Both the position numbers and the translations under genes were made by a program. This document shows, one piece after another, positions 1 through 7,074 of a stretch of 18,189 nt of DNA. The stretch comes from Candidatus Nanohaloarchaea archaeon. Lineage in GTDB: Archaea; Nanohalarchaeota; Nanosalinia; Nanosalinales; Nanosalinaceae. Every line of letters begins with the position of its first letter. Position 1 is the first letter of the stretch. The stretch lies in the NCBI GenBank assembly GCA_041639695.1, contig JBEQBQ010000019.1, positions 1-18,189 of the forward strand. Direction: 5' to 3'. The notes under the pieces were generated by a model, which was not told the DNA's origin, did not search any database, and saw nothing but the letters and a program-made list of their open reading frames with translations.

Positions 1-1551
1 GATAACAAAGTCCTCGTCGAAAGGAAGCTTGGTTCCAAGACCGTAGTTCCTGATCGCTGGCCAGGACTCAAGCCAGTCAACGGTATGATCGAACTGTTCT
101 CTGATGTTCTCCGGTATCAAATCCATATCGTTAAGGCATTTGTGGACTTTGTCCTTCCAGGCTTTGTCGCCGTATTCGAGGAACCATGAGTCCTGCTGTG
201 CAACTATGACTTTTCCGCCGCAGCGACAGACTACTTCTTCCGAGAAATCATGCATCGCATCGAAACGGCCCTGGTTCTCAAACTGTTCAATTAAAAGATC
301 CTTGATCGCGTTGACTTTCTCTCCTGCAAAGTCCTGGCATTCAGAGTTTAACGTACCGGTGTGGAACTCTTTCTCGTAGATCTCCTCCGTCGCTTTCTCA
401 AGTTGTTCCTCATCGTCCTGAGATTCAACGCCATACTCTTCACAGGCATCCTTTGCCGGAACTTCGCCGTAACCCTCAACGCTAATTATGGTTTTCGGTT
501 CGATCGCCTGAACCTCTTCGATATCAAGACCGAACTTCTTCAGAGTGTCTTCATCGCTCTGGATGTCCTTTAATGAGATCCAGTCGTACGGTGCGTGAGC
601 GGGGACAGACATTACTATGCCTGAACCGGAGTCAGGATCGACAAATGAGGCAGGAAGTATCATAACTTCGTTGCCGGTAACCGGGTTCCTGACTTGTTCA
701 CCTACAAACTCTTCTCCTTTAACTTTCTCGACTTCTTCGACTTCGCGGTCCTGATGGTCAAGTTTCTCTGCTGCTTCTTCCGAAACAAGCCATTCCTCTC
801 CATCAACTTTAGCTCTCACGTAATCGCCTTCCGGATCGATCAAGGTATGTGTAACACCGAAAACGGTTTCCGGCCGCAGGGTCGCCATCGGGAAGATAGT
901 ATCGTTTGATTCAAACTTGACAAGCGAGTATTCCTGTTTCTCTGCATCCTCTCCTTCAAGAAGATCGTGTGTGGTGACAGGGTTCTGGTCGTTCAGACAG
1001 TATTTTGTTGGGTGAAGTCCCTGCTTGACCAATCCTTTCTCTCTGAGTGTTTTGTACTGCCATTCGATGAACTTGTTGTAATCGTTATCGTTTGTGGTGA
1101 ACTCTCTTCTCCAGTCAACAGAGAAACCAAGGCTCTTCATGTTCGGCTTGTAACTGTTCTCGATGAAGTAGTTCGCATAGTCCATCGGCTCCTCCCATTC
1201 ATTCATCTCCTCCTCGGGAACGTTGTAGACATCTCTCAGGACTTCGATCTGTTTCTCCTCTCCATCCTTCAAACGTTCGAGTGCGCCGATTATCGGTGTC
1301 CCGGTAACGTGCCAACCCATCGGGAACAAAACGTTCTTTCCCTGCATCCGTTTGAAGCGGCCGAAAACATCAGGTAAAGTGAAGGTTCTGACGTGGCCAA
1401 TATGCATCCCGCCGCTTGGATAAGGATATGCAACGGTTATGTAGAACTTTTCGTCATCGGAAGGATCGGATTCGAATACTCTTTCCTCGTTCCACTTTTC
1501 CTGCCATTTTCCTTCGATCGTGTTGAATTTGTCGGAAAACTCTTCTGTCAT
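1..1551 (-). CDS. leuS: Leucine--tRNA ligase, archaeal type (N-terminal 517 codons, runs off the window)
   Basis: Not in the ORF track. Manual translation from ATG at 1551 gives MTEEFSDKFNTIEGKWQEKW...FYITVAYPYPSGGMHIGHVRTF...LFPMGWHVTGTPI (HIGH motif), plus the CP1 editing motifs ATLRPETVFGVT and GSGIVMSVPAHAPYDW. Confidence 0.96.
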   Translation of the reverse strand, partial: MTEEFSDKFNTIEGKWQEKWNEERVFESDPSDDEKFYITVAYPYPSGGMHIGHVRTFTLPDVFGRFKRMQGKNVLFPMGWHVTGTPIIGALERLKDGEEKQIEVLRDVYNVPEEEMNEWEEPMDYANYFIENSYKPNMKSLGFSVDWRREFTTNDNDYNKFIEWQYKTLREKGLVKQGLHPTKYCLNDQNPVTTHDLLEGEDAEKQEYSLVKFESNDTIFPMATLRPETVFGVTHTLIDPEGDYVRAKVDGEEWLVSEEAAEKLDHQDREVEEVEKVKGEEFVGEQVRNPVTGNEVMILPASFVDPDSGSGIVMSVPAHAPYDWISLKDIQSDEDTLKKFGLDIEEVQAIEPKTIISVEGYGEVPAKDACEEYGVESQDDEEQLEKATEEIYEKEFHTGTLNSECQDFAGEKVNAIKDLLIEQFENQGRFDAMHDFSEEVVCRCGGKVIVAQQDSWFLEYGDKAWKDKVHKCLNDMDLIPENIREQFDHTVDWLESWPAIRNYGLGTKLPFDEDFVI

Positions 1552-1615
1552 GCAGAGAGACTTCTCGAGAACTTATTTCAATCTGAGGTGGTAAAGAGGT
1601 TCAGTATTCTTGTAT

Positions 1616-2329
1616 TTATGACATTACGACTACGTCTACTTTGGCGCTCCCACCGCTGTTGTTCTTGATTGTAAGAGCGTTTGTCGAACTGTCTACGTAT
1701 ACATCGATCCGATTTCCGCTGTCCTCACTGGTGCCGAACTGTCCACGTTGGTCAGATATCTCCGTGGTGGCGCCACCAGAGTACCACATGAAGAGGGCTG
1801 ATGCGTTGGCACTGTCGTTGTGAACCATTATCAAGCCAGACTCGCCTGAGTTATACGGTTCAACGGTCTCCGTGTCCGATAATGAATACTGTTCAATTTG
1901 AATGGCGTTAGTGCTATCATTAGCGTTTCTTATGAGTTTGTTGTTGGTGCTTCCTCCGAACGCCAAATTTGTGTTCTTAATTTCAACAGGTCCGCCGTTA
2001 TTTACCTTGAAGTATTCGCTGCCAGAATTCTGTAAACCTATTCCTGATGAGCTATCGATACCGTTTTTAGTAATCTTTAAGGCCGATGTAGGAGCAAGGC
2101 TCAGCGCTCCTAGCCCTGCGGCGCCGGCACCTGCTTTCTTTAGGAAGCCCCTCCTCGATAGTCCTTTTTCTCCCTTTTCGCTTCTATCCTTATATTTGCT
2201 CTCTATCTTCTTTTCAAGCTGCTGATTCTTCTGTTTTATCCTTTTATTTTGTTTTTCAATTCTTTTATTCTCTTTCTCAAGCTTTTCGATTTTTTCTGTA
2301 AGTCTTTCTAACTTTTCTTCAATACTCAT
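1616..2329 (-). CDS. Exported protein: N-terminal coiled coil, internal twin-arginine signal, beta-rich C-terminal domain
   Basis: 237-aa ORF. Heptad repeat over residues 3-42, SRRGFLK at residues 58-64 followed by an Ala/Gly hydrophobic stretch, and an Asn/Ser/Gly-rich mature region. Confidence 0.8.
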   Translation of the reverse strand: MSIEEKLERLTEKIEKLEKENKRIEKQNKRIKQKNQQLEKKIESKYKDRSEKGEKGLSRRGFLKKAGAGAAGLGALSLAPTSALKITKNGIDSSSGIGLQNSGSEYFKVNNGGPVEIKNTNLAFGGSTNNKLIRNANDSTNAIQIEQYSLSDTETVEPYNSGESGLIMVHNDSANASALFMWYSGGATTEISDQRGQFGTSEDSGNRIDVYVDSSTNALTIKNNSGGSAKVDVVVMS

Positions 2330-2406
2330 GGAAGAACTTTTGGATTTCTGGTTGTTAAGTGTTTCTTTGATAACTGGTTTGGCTTCGTGATGCGTTCACC
2401 ACATAA

Positions 2407-2413
2407 TTTAAAT
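2407..2413 (+). promoter_or_regulatory. TATA box of minD paralogue 1
   Basis: TTTAAAT 26-32 nt upstream of ATG 2439. Confidence 0.6.
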
Positions 2414-2438
2414 GGTCGAGATTAATGTCTTTCATACG

Positions 2439-3206
2439 ATGACCCGGCTGATATGTGTGAGTGCAGGAAAGGGTGGCACCGGAAAGACAACAGTAACCTC
2501 TAACGTGGGTGCGGCCTTGACGCAGTTTGGAACGGATACCATCGTTCTTGATGCAAACCTTACTAACCCGAACCTAGGATTTCACCTCGGTATCCCTTTG
2601 TACCCAAACACTCTGCACGATGTACTGAAAGGCGAAGCGCATATCACTGAAGCGATGTATATCCACAACTCTGGTTTGAGGGTTGTACCGGCAGGACTTT
2701 CGATCGAAGACTTGGTCGATACTTCTCCGGAAAACCTTTCCGATGTACTTCTCGATACTATCGGCGAGCCGGACTTTGTACTTGTTGACTCGGCAGCAGG
2801 TCTAGGTAACGAATCTATTAATGCGATCGAAGCATCAGATGAAACATTAATCGTAACTAATCCGAACCTTCCTGCGGTCACCGATGCTTTGAAGACAGTT
2901 AATATTGCTGAGGAAGCAGGGACGGATGTAACCGGTGTTGTATTGAACCGTGTGAACGGTCACGATTCCGAGCTTGACAGGGATGAAGTTGAGTCGATGC
3001 TTGGCCATCCTGTAATTATGGAGGTTCCGGAGCACGAAAAGGTTCAGGAAGCTCTTTCAGTCAAGAAACCGGTTGTACACCATGAACCGGATCACCATGT
3101 TTCGGAAAGATTTAGAGCGGTCGCAGCGGATATCGCGGATGTTGAGTATGAGCCCGATCTAAGGGAAGAAGGATTTATATCCAAGCTTATGGACAGGTTC
3201 AGGTAG
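2439..3206 (+). CDS. minD: MinD/ParA-family ATPase (archaeal MinD), paralogue 1
   Basis: Deviant Walker A GKGGTGKTT, switch II DSAAGLG, C-terminal amphipathic GFISKLMDRFR. Start moved to ATG 2439 (MTRLICV) based on the paralogue N-terminus and TATA spacing. Confidence 0.92.
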   Translation: MTRLICVSAGKGGTGKTTVTSNVGAALTQFGTDTIVLDANLTNPNLGFHLGIPLYPNTLHDVLKGEAHITEAMYIHNSGLRVVPAGLSIEDLVDTSPENLSDVLLDTIGEPDFVLVDSAAGLGNESINAIEASDETLIVTNPNLPAVTDALKTVNIAEEAGTDVTGVVLNRVNGHDSELDRDEVESMLGHPVIMEVPEHEKVQEALSVKKPVVHHEPDHHVSERFRAVAADIADVEYEPDLREEGFISKLMDRFR

Positions 3207-3213
3207 CAGTAAG

Positions 3214-3606
3214 ATGGGCTGGGGCGATAAAATTCTTGTAAAACCGGGCACGATACTTCTTGCAGTATTTATGGTTTCGCTCGGGCTTATAATGTTTAAC
3301 TGGGCCTCTGGCTTTCTACAGACTTCGGACAAGAAAACAACTCAGGAGAGCAAAGATTTACAGAAATGTAGCGGTCTTGAGATAAGTATTGTGGATATAG
3401 ATATTGAGGATAGTGAAGTAAACGCGTTCTTTAAGGTAAACAAGCAGACGGAAACGGTATACGTTAACTTTGAAGGAGATAGAAATGTCACGAAAAAGGT
3501 GGCTGATTCGGCACCAGGCTCACTCAGGACTGTGAATGCAGAAGTTTCGAACCTTTCAGAGGTTTACTTTAAGGCCGAGGGCTGTTCGAAGGTTTTCAGG
3601 CGCTAA
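3214..3606 (+). CDS. Membrane-anchored type IV pilin/archaellin-like protein (degenerate)
   Basis: N-terminal hydrophobic helix TILLAVFMVSLGLIMFNWASGF, helical spacer to a Cys (QKCSGLEI), beta-rich body and a second Cys near the C-terminus. This pattern resembles archaeal/DPANN pilins. Starts 7 nt after the minD1 stop. Confidence 0.55.
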   Translation: MGWGDKILVKPGTILLAVFMVSLGLIMFNWASGFLQTSDKKTTQESKDLQKCSGLEISIVDIDIEDSEVNAFFKVNKQTETVYVNFEGDRNVTKKVADSAPGSLRTVNAEVSNLSEVYFKAEGCSKVFRR

Positions 3607-3618
3607 ACTGAACCATTA

Positions 3619-3626
3619 TTTAAAAT
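3619..3626 (+). promoter_or_regulatory. TATA box of 3650..4366
   Basis: TTTAAAAT 24-31 nt upstream of ATG 3650. Confidence 0.55.
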
Positions 3627-3649
3627 AGTAATAGTTTCTTCCTCTAATT

Positions 3650-4366
3650 ATGAAACGATACAGGATTCAGAAAACAGGAAATGACTCAGTGATGTTCAAA
3701 CCATTAACTGGTCCTGAAAACCACTCAGGTCTCGAAGGCAGCGAGTTCACATTAAACGACTGTCCGGAATACCTAGACCGATCTTCTTCTCAGGTCGTAG
3801 AATATGGTCCGGAGGGAGAAACTCCGGAATTAGACCCCTCTATAACGAAGAGAGCTTTCATGAGAGGGTTAGGGGTTTCTGCAGCAGGCGTGGTAGGAAC
3901 ATCGTTCATGGGGTCTGCTACTGCGGCAGAAGACAAAGACTATACCGACATAAGCTATGCGGAACTAGTCAACGATAAAGAAAACTTTATTGGAGAGCCT
4001 GTAACTCTAGAAGCACGTCCGGAGTACGTTGAATCGAGACTTGAAGGCTTTGTAATGGGTCAAGATGAAATAGTGAACGTGGATGCGGCCGAACGCATTT
4101 TCAGGATCTACGGTGACAGTTCTGATCAAGTTCTAACAGGTTACACTAAAGGGGCTGTGAACGTTCCTGATGAAGTAGCAGGTTATGAAGTTGATCTACC
4201 TATAGTTGAAGAGTTCGATTCCGAAGTTGATCAGCTTGAGAACTCTGTTAACGGTTCTGAACTGCTTGAAATATCCGGAATGCTGACAGAGAACGAAACC
4301 GTACTAGAGAAGAGTGAGCCGGATGAAAGACTCAGGTTCAAGATCGAAGACGCAAAGTCTCTATGA
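3650..4366 (+). CDS. Exported or membrane protein with internal Tat-like signal and probable OB-fold-like domain
   Basis: 238-aa ORF. TKRAFMR at residues 66-72, then an h-region and an ATA/A peptidase-like site. The acidic mature part starts ISYAELVNDKENFIGEPVTLEA, which resembles extracytoplasmic OB-fold N-termini. Confidence 0.7.
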   Translation: MKRYRIQKTGNDSVMFKPLTGPENHSGLEGSEFTLNDCPEYLDRSSSQVVEYGPEGETPELDPSITKRAFMRGLGVSAAGVVGTSFMGSATAAEDKDYTDISYAELVNDKENFIGEPVTLEARPEYVESRLEGFVMGQDEIVNVDAAERIFRIYGDSSDQVLTGYTKGAVNVPDEVAGYEVDLPIVEEFDSEVDQLENSVNGSELLEISGMLTENETVLEKSEPDERLRFKIEDAKSL

Positions 4367-4393
4367 ATTGGTTAACTGCATTATAGGAATAGG

Positions 4394-4401
4394 TTTTTAT
4401 T
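4394..4401 (+). promoter_or_regulatory. TATA box of minD paralogue 2
   Basis: TTTTTATT 23-30 nt upstream of ATG 4424. Confidence 0.55.
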
Positions 4402-4423
4402 CGGGCCGGCGGAAATCTAAACT

Positions 4424-5185
4424 ATGACCCGGGTAATATCTGTTGTCTCCGGTAAAGGAGGCGCAGGAAAGACGACGGTTACAGCGAACCTCGGAGTAGC
4501 TCTCCAGAAACAAGGCCACGATGTTCTTCTGATAGATGGAAACTTTACAGGAGCTAACATGGCCCAGCACTTCGGACTCGGGTTTCAGGACACATCGCTG
4601 AACGATGTTTTGAAGGGAGAAGCATATATTACACAGGCTGTTGCAAAACACCCAGAAGGCGTTTCGGTTCTACCCGCATCTACTCTAGAGTTCCAAGGAA
4701 ATGCTGACAGCTTGAAACATTCAATAGTTGACTTTCTCGGCGATAAGGACTTTGTACTGGTTGACGCTGCGGCAGGTACGGATGATGAAGTCCAAGCTGC
4801 AATAGAGACAAGCGACGAAGTACTATTGGTATCACATCCAGAACTTCCTTCCCTTACAAACTGTCTAGGAGCCAAGAAACTGGCAGAACAGCTAGACCGT
4901 GAAGTTCTTGGACTTGTTCTAAACATGGTTAGAGAAGAGAAAGCTGAAGTAGAACACGAAGATATCGAAGAGCTAATGGAAGAAGAGATAATTGGAAAGG
5001 TTCCAGACCACAAACATGTCAGGGAAGGAATTGCATTAAGAGAGCCAGTGGTTTCCTATAAGCCAGAATCTAAGGCTTCATACGCTATCAAAGATGTGGC
5101 ACATAGGATAAGAGGCAACGAACCTCCGAAGAGAACTGTGAAGCAGAAGTTGAAAGCCCGGATGGAAGAAGTAAATCCTTTCTAA
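4424..5185 (+). CDS. minD: MinD/ParA-family ATPase (archaeal MinD), paralogue 2
   Basis: SGKGGAGKTT, DAAAG; shares the segment DVLKGEAxIT with paralogue 1. Confidence 0.9.
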   Translation: MTRVISVVSGKGGAGKTTVTANLGVALQKQGHDVLLIDGNFTGANMAQHFGLGFQDTSLNDVLKGEAYITQAVAKHPEGVSVLPASTLEFQGNADSLKHSIVDFLGDKDFVLVDAAAGTDDEVQAAIETSDEVLLVSHPELPSLTNCLGAKKLAEQLDREVLGLVLNMVREEKAEVEHEDIEELMEEEIIGKVPDHKHVREGIALREPVVSYKPESKASYAIKDVAHRIRGNEPPKRTVKQKLKARMEEVNPF

Positions 5186-5196
5186 GGCCACAACGG

Positions 5197-5203
5197 TTTA
5201 AGT
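5197..5203 (+). promoter_or_regulatory. TATA box of the HIT-phosphohexomutase unit
   Basis: TTTAAGT 25-31 nt upstream of ATG 5228. Confidence 0.55.
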
Positions 5204-5227
5204 CGCCCCAACTAACCATTACGTATT

Positions 5228-5743
5228 ATGACTGATACTAAGCCCTATGAGACATATCTTTGGAGTCCAAAGCGTGAGGAGTACGAGGCCAAGGAAATCC
5301 CTGAAGATATCGACTGTATTTTCTGCGCGCAGGCAAACGGCGATGAAAGGGTCTCGAAAGTAACTGTCTACGAAGACGACTTTCTGATGGTAGAACTCAA
5401 CATCTTCCCGTACAACACAGGACACCTAATGGTTGTACCGAAGAAGCATGTTAATTCGATGGTTGAACTTGAGGACGATGAGCGCGACAAACTTTTCTCC
5501 ATGGTTGCGAAAGTAGAAGAGCTACAGAGAGAGGTGGTTGATCCCGCTGGAATCGATGTCGGAATAAATATTGGAAAAGAAGCCGGAGAATCAATACCTC
5601 ACCTACACGTCCAGCTTGTTCCGATCTATGAAAAGGACAGAGGATTCATGGAGACCTCTCTGGATACAAAGGTTATGAAGAAATCAATTATGGATATGGC
5701 GGAAGAGTACCGGGAGAGAAAAGATATACTGGAGGATTACTGA
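5228..5743 (+). CDS. HIT-superfamily protein (FHIT/Ap4A phosphorylase-like scaffold) with HxHxQ motif
   Basis: CIFC, NIFPYNTGHLMVVP and GINIGKEAGESIPHLHVQLVP. The stop overlaps the next start (TGATG). Confidence 0.88.
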   Translation: MTDTKPYETYLWSPKREEYEAKEIPEDIDCIFCAQANGDERVSKVTVYEDDFLMVELNIFPYNTGHLMVVPKKHVNSMVELEDDERDKLFSMVAKVEELQREVVDPAGIDVGINIGKEAGESIPHLHVQLVPIYEKDRGFMETSLDTKVMKKSIMDMAEEYRERKDILEDY

Positions 5744-7074
5744 TGACATCCTTCTTCCATACTTACGACTTAAGAGGCAAACATCCTTCCGAGATCGATG
5801 TTGAAGAGGCCGAAAAAGTTGGAAAAGCTTATGGAACCTTCACGGACGCAGCAGAAGTAATGGTTGGAAGGGATGGCAGAAAGCATTCTGAGAAGATCAC
5901 TGATGCATTTATCGAAGGAATCAGGTCTACAGGAACTGATGTTGTCTCGGTAGGAATGGTTCCGTCCCCTGTAGTTTATTTCGCACAGTACGACCGAGGT
6001 ATCGGGTCGGCAGCTGTTGTAACCGCGTCACACAACCCTTCGGAGTACACGGGGTTCAAGTTCTGCAAAAAAGACGCGAAGGCGATGTCAAGAAGCGGTG
6101 GAATGAAACAGATACAGGCCTTATACGAATCCGAAGAATTTGAAGAGGGTGAAGGAGAGTACAGAGAGATAGATGTCAGGGAAGACTATATTGAGGCGGT
6201 CTCGGAACAAATAGATATCGAGGATTTAGATGTTGCCGTTAACTTCGGTAACGCCGTAACATCCGTTCTTGGCAGAGAGATGCTTGAAGAAATAGGCTGC
6301 AAAGTAAAACCGGTTAATGAAGAGATTGACGGCAGTTTCCCAAACCATCTTCCTGATCCTACCCAGGATGAGGCAAGAGAGGCGCTCAAACAGGAAATGG
6401 CTGGTGAGGATCTGGGTATCATATTTGATGGGGATGGTGACCGTGCCGGATTTATTGTTCCTGGCTACGGCCATATAGAAGGAGACGAGCTGATAGCTCT
6501 TTACGCCGAACAGTCACTTGAAAAAAAGAAAGGCAAAGTTTTACACGATTTAAGAGCTTCAAAGCTTGTTCCAGAAGTTGTAGAGGATAATGGCGGCGAG
6601 CCTGATGTGGCTAGAGTAGGTCACACATTCTTCTCGGAAGAAATTCATGAGGATGAGTCAATCGTGTTTGCCGGAGAGCTTTCCGGCCATTTCTACTTCC
6701 CTGCCTTTGGTTTTCCGTGGGATGACGGTCTTTTCGCCGCAGCTCTAATGTGTCAAATTGCTTCGGAAACCGATCTAAAGCAGAACCTTGAGAGCTATCC
6801 TGACTACCCTGTCTCCCCTGAACTCAGGATTGACTGTCCTGAAGAAGCCAAGCAGAAAGTTATAGAGGACGTAAAACTTGAGTACTCGGATCACGACCTT
6901 TCGACGGTAGACGGAGTGAAAGTAAGTTTCGACAAGGGCTGGGCTCTAGTAAGGCCTTCAAGCACAGAGGAAAAGATGTCTGTAAGAGTCGAGGCAGATA
7001 CACAGCAGGATGTCGATAGATTGCTGGAAGAGGTCGAGAGCAACGTCAAGAAGTTTATAGAGAACGCAAGTTAA
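5743..7074 (+). CDS. Phosphomannomutase/phosphoglucomutase
   Basis: TASHNP phosphoserine loop, FDGDGDR metal loop, GELSGH sugar loop, RPSSTEEK phosphate-binding loop. Confidence 0.95.
   Translation: MTSFFHTYDLRGKHPSEIDVEEAEKVGKAYGTFTDAAEVMVGRDGRKHSEKITDAFIEGIRSTGTDVVSVGMVPSPVVYFAQYDRGIGSAAVVTASHNPSEYTGFKFCKKDAKAMSRSGGMKQIQALYESEEFEEGEGEYREIDVREDYIEAVSEQIDIEDLDVAVNFGNAVTSVLGREMLEEIGCKVKPVNEEIDGSFPNHLPDPTQDEAREALKQEMAGEDLGIIFDGDGDRAGFIVPGYGHIEGDELIALYAEQSLEKKKGKVLHDLRASKLVPEVVEDNGGEPDVARVGHTFFSEEIHEDESIVFAGELSGHFYFPAFGFPWDDGLFAAALMCQIASETDLKQNLESYPDYPVSPELRIDCPEEAKQKVIEDVKLEYSDHDLSTVDGVKVSFDKGWALVRPSSTEEKMSVRVEADTQQDVDRLLEEVESNVKKFIENAS

Noticed and set aside
104-1668. Plus-strand ORFs 104..379, 361..573, 694..909, 967..1377 and 1393..1668
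   Set aside because: Antisense shadows of leuS, with atypical composition and no recognisable motifs.
2200-2329. Low-complexity, imperfect 21-nt periodic T/C-rich tract considered as a DNA repeat or CRISPR remnant
   Set aside because: Explained by Lys/Glu heptad coding; there are no identical repeats with unique spacers.
2412-2438. ORF-track start of minD1 at 2412 (likewise 10734 for GT3 and 15499 for the small gene)
   Set aside because: These starts overlap or precede the TATA boxes; the downstream ATGs fit family N-termini and promoter spacing better.
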